Shown: positions 9,456 to 19,999, counted from the first letter of the stretch. The stretch is DNA of 64,000 nucleotides from a bacterium UBP8_UBA817 (GCA_945888995.1 CAMDBA010000001.1:12796-76795); one strand, 5' to 3'. Numbers and translations are program-made. The notes: generated from the sequence alone by a model not told the origin.

Positions 9456-10625
9456 ATGAAGTTAACCGAACGGATTAAAAACATTCCCCCGTATATTTTT
9501 GCCCAAATCGACCAGAAAAAAGCGGAAGCCCGCGCACGAGGCATCGATATTGTCGATTTAGGAATTGGAGATCCCGATCTGCCGACACCGGATTACATTC
9601 TGGACGCGATGACGGAAGCGCTTCGCAATCCTGACAACCACACTTACCCTCCTTATGAAGGCACCAAGCCCTTCCGTCAAGCGGTGGCCGACTGGTACAA
9701 AGACCGGTTCGATGTTGAGTTGGATGCGGATAAGGAAGTCATTTCACTTATCGGATCCAAAGAAGGAATTGCGCATGCCTTCCTTACGTTTTTAGATCCG
9801 GGCGACATCGCGATCCTACCGAATCCGGGATATCCCGTCTATAAAGTCGCCACGTTAATTGCCGGTGGCGTTCCCTACCAATTACCGGTTAACGAAGAAA
9901 ATAACTACCAGATTAACTTATCCGATATTCCTGCTGACATCTGCGAAAAAGCCAACGTTCTCTTTTTAAATTATCCGAACAATCCGACAGGCGCCATTGC
10001 CAGCGATGCGTATCTCGAAGAGTGTATTGCCTTCGGTCTCAAGCACAACATTCTGATCTGTATGGATTTAGCCTATTCCGAAGTGAGCTATGATGGGTAC
10101 CGTCCCAAAAGCATCCTGGAATTCAAAGACGCCAAAAAAATCGCGATCGAATTTCATTCGCTATCTAAGACTTTTAACATGACCGGTTGGAGAATCGGCA
10201 TGGCGGTTGGAAATGCACAAGCCGTTCAGGCATTGGGCAAAATTAAAACCAACATCGATTCCGGCATTTTCAAAGCGATTCAGGTCGCGGGAATCAAAGC
10301 GCTTTCTCACTATAAAGAGTTTGTCCAAGGCCAAAATAAAATTTATCAGGAACGACGCGACATTATCGTCGACGGGCTCAATGAGCTCGGTTGGAACCTG
10401 CCGAAACCGAAAGCGACGTTTTATATCTGGGCAAAAGTCCCTCAAGGATTCACATCCGCATCGTTTGTCATCGAATTACTGGAAAAAACCGGTATTATGG
10501 TGGTGCCCGGCACGGGATATGGCGATTGCGGTGAAGGATATTTCCGGATCTCGATCACCACGCCTAAAGAACGCTTACTCGAAGCTGTGAAGCGGTTACG
10601 CGAGCACAACATCCGGTTTTCTTAA
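9456..10625 (+). CDS. dapL: LL-diaminopimelate aminotransferase (class I/II PLP)
   Basis: PPYIFAQID, DLGIGDPD, NYPNNPTG, EFHSLSKTFNMTGWRIG; directly follows dapF. Confidence 0.8.
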   Translation: MKLTERIKNIPPYIFAQIDQKKAEARARGIDIVDLGIGDPDLPTPDYILDAMTEALRNPDNHTYPPYEGTKPFRQAVADWYKDRFDVELDADKEVISLIGSKEGIAHAFLTFLDPGDIAILPNPGYPVYKVATLIAGGVPYQLPVNEENNYQINLSDIPADICEKANVLFLNYPNNPTGAIASDAYLEECIAFGLKHNILICMDLAYSEVSYDGYRPKSILEFKDAKKIAIEFHSLSKTFNMTGWRIGMAVGNAQAVQALGKIKTNIDSGIFKAIQVAGIKALSHYKEFVQGQNKIYQERRDIIVDGLNELGWNLPKPKATFYIWAKVPQGFTSASFVIELLEKTGIMVVPGTGYGDCGEGYFRISITTPKERLLEAVKRLREHNIRFS

Positions 10626-10631
10626 CCTAAA

Positions 10632-11672
10632 ATGAACACCACTGCGCGAATACTGCTGGTCGGATATTACGGATACGACAATGCCGGGGATGAGCTTCTT
10701 GCCAAAAAATCGATTACGCTGCTCAGCAGTGTCTTTAAACATCCGGTTTTTACCGTCCTATCAACCAAACGGGTCAAACAAGACGGAATATCCTATATTA
10801 AACGTTTCTCGATGCTGTCGCTTATGACTGCGATACTTCGTACTCGGTATATCGTGTTCGGCGGCGGCGGACTCCTACAAGATAAAACCTCTAAAAAAAG
10901 CTTGTTTTACTATCTGGGGATTTTGACTCTGGGCTGGCTTTTTCGAAAGGAGTGCTACCTTATCGGGCAAGGAATCGGACCTTTAGAATCCACTTTTTCC
11001 AAACACTGCTTTGCCTTTTTGATGCGACGGATGACGCATATTTCAGTTCGGGACAAACTTTCTTATGCGCTGCTTCGCCGGATCGGGATTTCGCCGGATC
11101 GTGTCTTGTTAGCGACTGACCTGGCTTATTATCGGGGGGATACGTTTATGCCCCACCCGAAGGCGTCTATGGTCGGGTTTTCATTCAGACCTATGGTCTT
11201 CAGTGATGCGGTGAGTCAGGATCTAAAACGTTTCATCAGCACACTGGATGCGGATATGGCATTTCTTGAGTTTCATAAAACCACCGATTTGTCTGCACTT
11301 AAAACGTTTTATTATCACAGTCTTCCCGGCAATATTAAGTCGGTCTGGGATATGAATAATATATTTCTTAATCCCGGGCCACTTGATCCACAGCTCAAAC
11401 TCGTGATCGGGATGCGGTTTCATGCGTTGGTATTTGCGAGCCTGTATCACTTGCCGTTTCTGGCGCTTGTCTATGATGATAAAGTTAAACAACTCGCCAA
11501 GTTTCTGGGCCAGGAATATGTGGATCTCCGACAAAAAGGGACGGTCTATACCGAATTAACCGAAAAACTTCAAAAAATCGAGCAAAACTATGAACACTAT
11601 CAAAACCAGCTTGTTCTCACAGTGCCAAAGCTGATTGAGCAAGCCAATCTCAATAAGTTAGGATTCAAATGA
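10632..11672 (+). CDS. csaB: Polysaccharide pyruvyl transferase
   Basis: GYYGYDNAGDE, FGGGGLLQDKTS, GQGIGPL, SVRD, GMRFHALVFA. Confidence 0.9.
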   Translation: MNTTARILLVGYYGYDNAGDELLAKKSITLLSSVFKHPVFTVLSTKRVKQDGISYIKRFSMLSLMTAILRTRYIVFGGGGLLQDKTSKKSLFYYLGILTLGWLFRKECYLIGQGIGPLESTFSKHCFAFLMRRMTHISVRDKLSYALLRRIGISPDRVLLATDLAYYRGDTFMPHPKASMVGFSFRPMVFSDAVSQDLKRFISTLDADMAFLEFHKTTDLSALKTFYYHSLPGNIKSVWDMNNIFLNPGPLDPQLKLVIGMRFHALVFASLYHLPFLALVYDDKVKQLAKFLGQEYVDLRQKGTVYTELTEKLQKIEQNYEHYQNQLVLTVPKLIEQANLNKLGFK

Positions 11673-12394
11673 ACACCATCGACGTCCTCTCCTATCCTTT
11701 AGCCGATATTACCTATGATGAAGTCGTCTTCTCCATTCAAAAGCGTCTCACAGAGCCGGGATTCACCTATATTATTACGCTCAATCCTGAAATTCTGATT
11801 CGCGCCGATCAAGATCCTGAAGTCTCGGCAATCATCAAAAATGCGTTTTTATGTCTGGCGGATGGCAGCGGATTGATCTTGGCCAGCCGATTTTTATACA
11901 AAAAAGCGCCCAGCAAAATCACTGGAATGGATTTGACGACGATGTTATTGGAAAAAGGAATTTTCTCGTTTTATTTAGTGGGCGGGCACCCGGATATTTT
12001 GCCGAAGGCCGTCGAGGTGATTGCGAAAGACTACCCAAAAAGCGTGATTAAAGGATCACAGCATGGGTATTTCAAACCTGAGGAAGAAGCCGCGATCATT
12101 GCGGATATCCAGGCCAAGAAACCGGATATCGTATTAGTCGGCCTGGGATTTCCCAAGCAAGAACGATTTTTGAAGTCGCTTGAAACCCAGCTGACCTACG
12201 GTGTCGGTATGGGAGTCGGAGGTGTATTTGATATACTGTCCGGCAGCAAGCCGCGCGCGCCTGAGATCTGGCAAAAACTGCATGTCGAATGGCTCTATCG
12301 CGGCCTGATTGAACCCCAACGGATGAAACGCTGGACGTTTATTCCGACTTTCGGCGTTGCCGTTATGAAAGAGTGGATCAATGGTCGGCGTTGA
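11669..12394 (+). CDS. WecB/TagA/CpsF family glycosyltransferase
   Basis: IITLNPE, ADGSG, KITGMDL, VGLGFPKQE, GVGGVFD, RAPEIWQKLHVEWLYR. Confidence 0.92.
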   Translation: MNTIDVLSYPLADITYDEVVFSIQKRLTEPGFTYIITLNPEILIRADQDPEVSAIIKNAFLCLADGSGLILASRFLYKKAPSKITGMDLTTMLLEKGIFSFYLVGGHPDILPKAVEVIAKDYPKSVIKGSQHGYFKPEEEAAIIADIQAKKPDIVLVGLGFPKQERFLKSLETQLTYGVGMGVGGVFDILSGSKPRAPEIWQKLHVEWLYRGLIEPQRMKRWTFIPTFGVAVMKEWINGRR

Positions 12395-12734
12395 TATTAT
12401 CGAAGTGGATCGAATTGCCAAAGGCATAGAGAAGCACGGCCGAAAATTTATAGAGAAATTATTCACCCCAAATGAAATAGCCTACTGCGAAAATCATGTA
12501 AACAAGTTTCAGCGATATGCGGCCCGGTTTGCGATTAAAGAAGCCGTTGCAAAGGTCATTAAAAAAGGGCCAAAGCCGTATTGGCAGGACATTGCCGTCA
12601 CAAATCGGAAAGACGGCTCTCCCGAGGTTATTTTATCCGAACGGCTTTTGAAAATTTTCCCCCATCCGATCTCGATCTCGATTTCACATGTCAAAGACTA
12701 TGCCGTCGGCATGGCCGTGGCCTATCCCAAATGA
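12381..12734 (+). CDS. acpS: Holo-[acyl-carrier-protein] synthase
   Basis: GVDIIEVDRI, AARFAIKEAVAK, SISISH. Confidence 0.95.
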   Translation: MVGVDIIEVDRIAKGIEKHGRKFIEKLFTPNEIAYCENHVNKFQRYAARFAIKEAVAKVIKKGPKPYWQDIAVTNRKDGSPEVILSERLLKIFPHPISISISHVKDYAVGMAVAYPK

Positions 12735-13492
12735 GCATGATCGAAGCGCTATTAAACTCGCTATACAATCAAACCATCACCCCCGAGCAAGCGACTCAGG
12801 CGCTAAAACGCTATCCGTTCGATGACCTGGACTTTGCCAAATTGGATACACACCGGGAATTACGAAAAGGGTTTCCGGAAGTGGTTTTCGGGCAAAATAA
12901 ATCATTCCCTCATCTTGCCGAGATTACCCGGGCGTATCTGGAATCCGGCACCCCGTTTTTTGCGACTCGTATCGACGAGGCGGTCTTTCTCAAACTAAAA
13001 GACCTATATCCTCAACTCATTTATTATCCCGAGGCCCGAATCGTGTGTTCGACGCCACCGGATCCACCCCGTTATCCCGGCACAATTTTGATTATGTCCG
13101 GTGGCACCTCCGATTTTGCCGTCGCAAAAGAAGCGGCGATTACCGCTCAATATCTGGGCAATCATGTTCAGATGATTATGGATGTCGGCGTTGCGGGACT
13201 ACACAGGCTATTGTCCTATCTCGATGATATTCTGGCGGCCAATGTCATTATTGTTGTGGCAGGCATGGAAGGTGCACTCCCCACCGTAGTCTCCGGCCTA
13301 ACCGATAAACCGCTTATCGGGGTGCCTACCAGCGTGGGATACGGAACAGCGTTTAACGGCCTTACCCCGCTGCTGAGTATGCTGAATAGCTGTTCATCCG
13401 GCATGAGCGTCGTGAATATTGATAATGGATTTGGCGCCGGGTTTATGGCCGCGTCTATTAATCGGGTAAATTTGAAGTCGCTCACTAAATAA
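12731..13492 (+). CDS. larB: Nickel-pincer cofactor biosynthesis protein LarB (PurE-like)
   Basis: DTHRELRKGFPEVVFGQNK, GGTSDFAVAKEA, DVGVAGLHRL, AGMEGALP, PTSVGYG, VNIDNGFGA; start moved to ATG 12731, which overlaps the acpS stop. Confidence 0.92.
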   Translation: MSMIEALLNSLYNQTITPEQATQALKRYPFDDLDFAKLDTHRELRKGFPEVVFGQNKSFPHLAEITRAYLESGTPFFATRIDEAVFLKLKDLYPQLIYYPEARIVCSTPPDPPRYPGTILIMSGGTSDFAVAKEAAITAQYLGNHVQMIMDVGVAGLHRLLSYLDDILAANVIIVVAGMEGALPTVVSGLTDKPLIGVPTSVGYGTAFNGLTPLLSMLNSCSSGMSVVNIDNGFGAGFMAASINRVNLKSLTK

Positions 13493-13534
13493 TTTTTCAC
13501 GTGAAACATTCATCACCTCGAAAAGGGTCTAATC

Positions 13535-13999
13535 ATGAACTATAAGATCGAATCGCTTTGTATTCTTGAGACCAATGTCGATGACATGAATCCGCAGATT
13601 TATGATTATCTGATTGACCGGTTATTTAATGCCGGAGTATTGGATGTGTGGATAGTCCCGATTCAAATGAAAAAAAACCGTCCGGCGCAGATGCTCAAGG
13701 TGCTGATTCTGCCAGCCATGCTTGAGTCAACATTGGAGATCTTATTTAAAGAAACGCACACCCTCGGCGTCCGGGTATCCGACATCCGCCGCTACAGTCT
13801 GCCCCGCTCGGAAAAAATTATTGAGACGCCTTACGGCCCAGTTCGTTTCAAAGCAGTGATCATCGACGATCAATCTGAGCTTCGCGCAGAATATGACGAT
13901 TGCAAGCGGATCGCTCAACAAACCGGGCAGTCGCTTCGGAAGGTGATGGAAGAGGTGAATCGGTTGGGAGATACTCTACACTCCCCCCCCATTTCTTGA
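13535..13999 (+). CDS. larC2: LarC C-terminal domain only (LarC2-like nickel insertase part)
   Basis: LETNVDDMNPQ, DVWIVPIQMKKNRP, FKETHTLGVR, TPYGPVRFK, AEYDDC; the His-rich LarC N-terminal part is absent. Confidence 0.82.
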   Translation: MNYKIESLCILETNVDDMNPQIYDYLIDRLFNAGVLDVWIVPIQMKKNRPAQMLKVLILPAMLESTLEILFKETHTLGVRVSDIRRYSLPRSEKIIETPYGPVRFKAVIIDDQSELRAEYDDCKRIAQQTGQSLRKVMEEVNRLGDTLHSPPIS

Positions 14000-14052
14000 T
14001 ATGATACTACCTTCAAAATCACTCATTCCGATTATTCAAAAAAGGTCCCGAT

Positions 14053-16683
14053 ATGGAAAAAGCATTTAGTCCTGCCGAAAACGAATCAAGGCTCTATGAG
14101 CAATGGGAAAGCGCTCACGCATTTGAGCCGTCCGGGAATGGAGATCCTTTTTCAGTGGTGATCCCACCTCCGAATGTCACAGGCATTTTACATATCGGAC
14201 ATGCACTAAACATCACCTTGCAAGACATCCTCGTCAGGTACCAACGCCAAAAAGGCAAACGGGTGCTCTGGGTTCCGGGGACCGACCATGCCGGAATCGC
14301 AACTCAGAATGTGATCGAAAAACGACTAAATAAAGAAGGCAAAAATCGATTTGATCTCGGCCGCGACGGATTTATCAAGCGGGTCTGGGAATGGAAGGCC
14401 GAATATGGCACCCGCATTACCAATCAGATTAAACGATTAGGGGCGTCAGTCGATTGGACTCATGAGCGCTTTACGATGGATGCCGGATGTGCAGAGGCGG
14501 TGGTTGCGCATTTTGTAAAGCTTTATGAAGCGGGGCTCATTTACCGGGGAAAATATATTATTAACTGGTGCCCACGATGCCAGACCGCCCTCTCGGATAT
14601 CGAAGTCACTCACGAAGAAACCAATGGCCATCTCTGGCATATTCGCTACGATGAAGTCGACGGTAGCGGCAGCATTGTTGTGGCAACGACCAGACCCGAA
14701 ACGATGTTTGGAGACCAGGCAATTGCGGTTCATCCCGAAGATCCCCGCTACCAAGCCTTGATCGGAAAACAGGTTAAAATTCCGCTTACAGATCGCGTGA
14801 TTCCGGTCATTGCTGATGCTGCGGTTGCAATGGACTTCGGAACGGGTGCCGTGAAAGTCACACCGGCGCATGATCCGAATGACTTTGATATGGGGGCTCG
14901 TCATCAGCTTGAACCGCTCTTGATTATGGATGAAAGCGGGGTCATGAATGACAATGTACCGCTAGAATTTCAAAATCTGGACCGTGCTGTGTGCCGCAAG
15001 AATCTAGTGGCACGTCTCGATGACACTAAATCTCTCACCCGGACCCAAGATCACCTTCTCTCAATTGGCCATTGCTATCGTTGTAATACAATTATAGAGC
15101 CGTATTTATCGAACCAATGGTTTATCGACATGAAAGACATTACCGATCCGGCGATCCAAGCCGTTCGGACATCTGAGATCGAATTTATCCCTAAAAGATG
15201 GGAAAAGCTCTATTTCGACTGGATGGAAAATATCCGACCTTGGTGTATTTCCCGCCAAATCTGGTGGGGGCATCAGATCCCTGTCTGGTATTGCGAATGC
15301 GAACCGGACTCTCCTATCGTTGCCAAAACAGCGCCGACATCTTGCCCGAAATGCGGGTCTTCCGACATCAAACAAGATCCCGACGTTTTAGACACCTGGT
15401 TTTCATCAGCGTTATGGCCGTTTTCGACTTTAGGATGGCCCGAAAAAACCCAGGACCTGGCCGATTTTTACCCGACTTCCACGCTGATCACCGGATATGA
15501 CATTATCACCTTTTGGGTGTCGCGAATGATTACGATGGGGCTTTTTCATATGAAAGAGATCCCCTTCTCCAAGGTCTTCATCCATGGGCTTGTCCGGGAT
15601 ATTTCTGGAAAGAAAATGAGTAAGTCGCTGGGCAATGCGCTTGATCCGATGGAGCTTGTCGATGAATTCGGGGCGGATGCCGTGCGATTCAGCCTTGCCT
15701 CACTGATTACATTAGGCGGACAAGACATTAAAATTTCAAAAGAAAAAATCGAAGCCAGCCGTAATTTTGCCAATAAAGTCTGGAATGTCTCACGCTACAT
15801 TCATATGATTCTGGAAAACCATGACGGCCAGATTCATATTGAAACACCGGCCCTATCGGATGATCCGGCACAGAAATGGATTCTTAGTCTGCTTGCAGGG
15901 ACCCTACAGAAATCGGATGAATACTTTGACACCATGAACTTTGCCTATAGTACGGATTTATTGTGGAATTTCATATGGAATCAATTCTGTGACTGGTATA
16001 TTGAGCTAAGCAAACTGAACAAAGAAAACTCGCTTCCAACGCTGATTTTCTCCCTCACTCAGATTCTAAAAATGCTGCATCCAATCATGCCGTTTATCAC
16101 AGAAGAAATCTGGCAAAAGCTCAATGAATCGGGAAAAATAACCGGCCTTTCTCCTCAGCTCATCACTGCGACCTGGCCTGAACCTCTGGATCGGTACCTA
16201 AACCCCGAGATCGAGCGCGATATGGATATGTTGATTCAAGTAATTCGTGAAGCGCGTAACCTGAGAAAACATCTGGGGCTTGCGCCATCCAAGGAATGCG
16301 CGCTCATCTTAGTCGTTCCTAATCCAGCTGAGTACAAAGCCTTGGAATGGGGTCAGCCGTATATTCAAAAATTAGCCAGAATCAGTGATATTAAAATCAC
16401 CGATAAAACAGATCCTGCTGAGCAAGTCACGTCTGCAGTTATCGGGGAAATACAGGTTTTGATTCCTCTAGCAGGTCTGATTGACGTGGACGCCGAAAAA
16501 ACCCGTCTCAAAAAAGAACTGGCGCAAGTAACGCAAGAATTAAGCGAGCTGCACAAAAAGATTTCCAACGACACATTCCTGCAAAAAGCCCCCCAAGCGG
16601 TGGTTCAAGGGGTTCGTGATCAGCAAGGAATTCTAAAGACTGAAAAACAAGCCATTGAAAAGCAGCTTCTGCATCTCAAATAA
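14053..16683 (+). CDS. valS: Valine--tRNA ligase
   Basis: PPPNVTGILHIGH (HIGH), ATTRPETMFGD, WCISRQIWWGH, KMSKS, C-terminal coiled coil. Confidence 0.99.
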   Translation: MEKAFSPAENESRLYEQWESAHAFEPSGNGDPFSVVIPPPNVTGILHIGHALNITLQDILVRYQRQKGKRVLWVPGTDHAGIATQNVIEKRLNKEGKNRFDLGRDGFIKRVWEWKAEYGTRITNQIKRLGASVDWTHERFTMDAGCAEAVVAHFVKLYEAGLIYRGKYIINWCPRCQTALSDIEVTHEETNGHLWHIRYDEVDGSGSIVVATTRPETMFGDQAIAVHPEDPRYQALIGKQVKIPLTDRVIPVIADAAVAMDFGTGAVKVTPAHDPNDFDMGARHQLEPLLIMDESGVMNDNVPLEFQNLDRAVCRKNLVARLDDTKSLTRTQDHLLSIGHCYRCNTIIEPYLSNQWFIDMKDITDPAIQAVRTSEIEFIPKRWEKLYFDWMENIRPWCISRQIWWGHQIPVWYCECEPDSPIVAKTAPTSCPKCGSSDIKQDPDVLDTWFSSALWPFSTLGWPEKTQDLADFYPTSTLITGYDIITFWVSRMITMGLFHMKEIPFSKVFIHGLVRDISGKKMSKSLGNALDPMELVDEFGADAVRFSLASLITLGGQDIKISKEKIEASRNFANKVWNVSRYIHMILENHDGQIHIETPALSDDPAQKWILSLLAGTLQKSDEYFDTMNFAYSTDLLWNFIWNQFCDWYIELSKLNKENSLPTLIFSLTQILKMLHPIMPFITEEIWQKLNESGKITGLSPQLITATWPEPLDRYLNPEIERDMDMLIQVIREARNLRKHLGLAPSKECALILVVPNPAEYKALEWGQPYIQKLARISDIKITDKTDPAEQVTSAVIGEIQVLIPLAGLIDVDAEKTRLKKELAQVTQELSELHKKISNDTFLQKAPQAVVQGVRDQQGILKTEKQAIEKQLLHLK

Positions 16684-16686
16684 CCG

Positions 16687-17871
16687 ATGAATCAGCCGTA
16701 TTCCACCGTTATCGATCAGCTCATCCATCGTGTGATCAAGCGTGGAATACGGTATGACCTTGGCTATTTATCTGATTTTCTGACACAGTTCGGCCACCCA
16801 GAAAAATCCTTACCTCCGATTATTCATGTCGCAGGGACCAACGGGAAAGGCTCAACCGTCACTTATATCGCAAATGCCTTGATGGCTGTCGGATATACTG
16901 TCGGAACCTATACATCACCCCATATTTCTGAGTATACCGAACGGCTCTGTTTGAATTTCTCGCCTATACCACAAGACCTATTCTGTCGGCTTTATAAGCA
17001 GGTTTTCGATGCGCCAGGCTCCGACGGATTATCGGAATTTGAATTCTTAACCGTGATGTCGTTTCTCTATTTTTCTCAAAGCAAGCCGGACTTTATTATC
17101 TACGAAACAGGGCTAGGCGGCCGTCTGGACGCCACCAATGTCGTAAACCCGATCTTATCTGTCATTACCCGAATTGGGATGGACCATCAGAACATTCTCG
17201 GGGACACCGTCGAGCAAATTGCCATGGAAAAAGCGGGCATCATCAAACCGGGGATTCCAGTTATTACCACGGACGCCCAAGAAAAAAGTGTCCACAATGT
17301 CATCTCGGCCAGAGCAATAGAGATGACAGCGCGCTGTCAGTTCATTGCGCCGCTGACACACATCCCCGCAACATACCTCATGCAAGGTATGTATCAGAAA
17401 GAAAATCTCGCGATTTCCCGAGCGGTTATCCGATATCTCTCCGGCTTATATGACATTGATCTTCAAAAAGCTGAAACCGGTTTTGAAACAGCCGTCATCT
17501 GGGGACGCTACCTGCGACTCGACAAAGCCGGCCAAACCATTATTATTGATGCCGCACATAACGCACCCGGCACCCAGTCGCTAATTGAAACCTTGGACAG
17601 AGACTTCCCCGATACGCCGCTCACGTTTGTCATCGGCATTATCCAGACCAAAGATGCAGAAGCCATGCTGCATGTGCTCTCAAAGCGCATCACGACCCTT
17701 TATTATTGTGATTTTGAGCCGGGATTTTCGTTTCCGATTCAAAAAATCCGGGAGTATCTTCCGGATGTAGACTGCCACATCTATTCTGTTGGAACGCCTA
17801 TCCCAAAAGGGCAGATTGTCATCATCACAGGGTCAATCTATTTTATTTCAATGATTAAGTACAACTATTAA
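16687..17871 (+). CDS. folC: Folylpolyglutamate synthase/dihydrofolate synthase
   Basis: HVAGTNGKGST, YTSPH, ETGLGGRLDATNV, EKAGIIK, DAAHN. Confidence 0.95.
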   Translation: MNQPYSTVIDQLIHRVIKRGIRYDLGYLSDFLTQFGHPEKSLPPIIHVAGTNGKGSTVTYIANALMAVGYTVGTYTSPHISEYTERLCLNFSPIPQDLFCRLYKQVFDAPGSDGLSEFEFLTVMSFLYFSQSKPDFIIYETGLGGRLDATNVVNPILSVITRIGMDHQNILGDTVEQIAMEKAGIIKPGIPVITTDAQEKSVHNVISARAIEMTARCQFIAPLTHIPATYLMQGMYQKENLAISRAVIRYLSGLYDIDLQKAETGFETAVIWGRYLRLDKAGQTIIIDAAHNAPGTQSLIETLDRDFPDTPLTFVIGIIQTKDAEAMLHVLSKRITTLYYCDFEPGFSFPIQKIREYLPDVDCHIYSVGTPIPKGQIVIITGSIYFISMIKYNY

Positions 17872-17979
17872 GATATAACCCTTTTTTACTAGGCGCAGGA
17901 GCCTCCGCACCTGACCGTCCGAACGTGAAGAAATTATAGATGCCGAAGCCGAATAATGCTAATATGATCCTAATTTTTT

Positions 17980-18273
17980 ATGAAAAACCCTGTCCCCGCC
18001 CGAACAAAATTTTATATTCTCATGTATTCATTGGCCGCGATCTTTGCCATTATCGGCTTGCTGGTCAATATTAAAACTGTGCCCTTGAATGAAAACATGC
18101 AAAAACTCCTCATCAAAACCCGAGCCCTTCAAGAAGACAATCAAGCGCTCCAGCTGCATCTTCTCCAGGAAACACGGCTAGATAAAATCGAATCAATCGC
18201 CTCTAGAAATCTCCAGATGGTCCCCGAACACAACGTAAAGTATATTCATATTTCCTCTCATGAAAGTCATTAA
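17980..18273 (+). CDS. ftsL: FtsL-like cell division protein
   Basis: 97 aa: basic N-terminus, one TM helix, coiled coil, RLDKIESIASRNLQM; overlaps the ftsI start. Confidence 0.65.
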   Translation: MKNPVPARTKFYILMYSLAAIFAIIGLLVNIKTVPLNENMQKLLIKTRALQEDNQALQLHLLQETRLDKIESIASRNLQMVPEHNVKYIHISSHESH

Positions 18274-19999
18274 ATACCGCCTCATTTTTGTTCAGGTTGT
18301 CTTTCTGATCACGATCAGCTTTTTTATCGGCCGTCTGGCCTATATGCAGATCTATAAGCACCATTTTTACCAGACAAAAGCGGAGATGCAGCTCCAAAAG
18401 ATTATTCTCCTAACGCCTAAGCGCGGGATTATCTACGACCGAAACGGCACACCTCTCGCCATGACGGCACCGGCTTACTCCGTATATGCTATCCCGCCTC
18501 AAATTAAAAATAAGCGGCTTTTCTCGCAACAGATCGCACCTATTGTCCGTCGTCCGTGGACCGCTATCTATCGGGATATTAATGTTCAATCTCCATTTGT
18601 CTGGATCAAGCGCAAAGCCGATGTTCCTGCTCAGCAAAAATTAGCCGCGCTGAAGCTCGACGGCCTTAATTTTATTAAAGAAGAGAAACGCGTCTATCCC
18701 AGAGCCGGAATCGCCAGTCATGTTCTGGGATTTGTCGGAATTGATAATCAAGGTCTCGGCGGTATTGAATATGAATATGATCATTTACTCACCGGAAGCC
18801 CGGGGAAAATTATTGTTGAAGGCGACCCACGGGGATATAGGATCGTCTCCGGAACCCGGAAAATCGATCCGTCGTATGATGGCGGACACATTTTTCTGAC
18901 AATCGACGAATATATTCAGTATGTGACCGAAAAACATTTAAAAGAAGGCGTGCAAAAAACCGGCGCCCAAAGTGGGCAAGCCATCGTGATGGATCCTCAA
19001 ACAGGTGAAATCCTGGCCATGGCCTCATATCCGGCGTTTGATCCGAACCATTGGACAAAATTCACTTCCGGCGAGCTCCGAAACCGCTGTATTTCCGATC
19101 TATATGAACCGGGATCGGTATTCAAAGTCATCACAGTTGCCGCGGCTATTCAGGAACGCATGTTTAACCATGACACCGTATTAAGTGTCCCGAAAAGCAT
19201 AATGATTTCCAAACGGACGATTCGAGAAGCTCATGGCCGTGAACCCGGCGAAACCGACGCCCGTACGGTCAGCGAAATCATTGAAAAATCGTTGAATGTG
19301 GGGACCAGTATTTTATCGATGAAACTCGGCAAAGAAAAATTTCAGCACTACATCCGGGCATTCGGATTCGGGTCATCGACTGACATTGAATTGCCGGGGG
19401 AAGCTGCCGGGATCATCCGTAGTGTCAAGCACACTACGGTTCTGGACAATGCGATGAATTCATTCGGACAGGGGATTAGCACCACGCCCCTCCAAATTGC
19501 TGTCAGCGTTGCCGCCGTTGCAAATGGCGGGGTCTACATTCAACCGCGGATTGTTAAATACACAACGGATTATAACAATCTCACACTTCAAGCCAGACCC
19601 CTCGTTAAAAAAACGATTATTTCAACCAAAACTGCCAATGAAATCACCGAGATTTTGCATAAAGTCGTGGAACAAGGCACCGGTATAGTAACCAAAATCC
19701 CCGGCTATACGATTGCAGGCAAAACCGGAACCGCCCAAAAAACCATCGGGTCAGGCGGGTATATTTCAGGAAAATATATTGCATCATTTGTCGGATACTT
19801 TCCGATTGACAAGCCGCGTGCGGTGATCTTGATCACGGTGGATTCACCGTCTACCACGATTTGGGGCTCGACCGTTGCCGCACCGATCTTCAAAAATATT
19901 ACGACGGATCTAATCCGTTATTGGGATATGGCGCCCCTAAATCCCTCGGCAAATCTTACTGCGCCCAAGCCTACCGACGGGTCACGTCCCAGAGACTAG
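18260..19999 (+). CDS. ftsI: Class B penicillin-binding protein (FtsI-like)
   Basis: RGIIYDRNG, KRVYP, YEPGSVFK (SxxK), SLN (SxN), AGKTGTAQK (KTG). Confidence 0.9.
   Translation: MKVIKYRLIFVQVVFLITISFFIGRLAYMQIYKHHFYQTKAEMQLQKIILLTPKRGIIYDRNGTPLAMTAPAYSVYAIPPQIKNKRLFSQQIAPIVRRPWTAIYRDINVQSPFVWIKRKADVPAQQKLAALKLDGLNFIKEEKRVYPRAGIASHVLGFVGIDNQGLGGIEYEYDHLLTGSPGKIIVEGDPRGYRIVSGTRKIDPSYDGGHIFLTIDEYIQYVTEKHLKEGVQKTGAQSGQAIVMDPQTGEILAMASYPAFDPNHWTKFTSGELRNRCISDLYEPGSVFKVITVAAAIQERMFNHDTVLSVPKSIMISKRTIREAHGREPGETDARTVSEIIEKSLNVGTSILSMKLGKEKFQHYIRAFGFGSSTDIELPGEAAGIIRSVKHTTVLDNAMNSFGQGISTTPLQIAVSVAAVANGGVYIQPRIVKYTTDYNNLTLQARPLVKKTIISTKTANEITEILHKVVEQGTGIVTKIPGYTIAGKTGTAQKTIGSGGYISGKYIASFVGYFPIDKPRAVILITVDSPSTTIWGSTVAAPIFKNITTDLIRYWDMAPLNPSANLTAPKPTDGSRPRD

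Noticed and set aside
13490-13535. larB-larC2 read-through fusion
   Set aside because: Same frame, but two stops (TAA 13490, TGA 13502) intervene.
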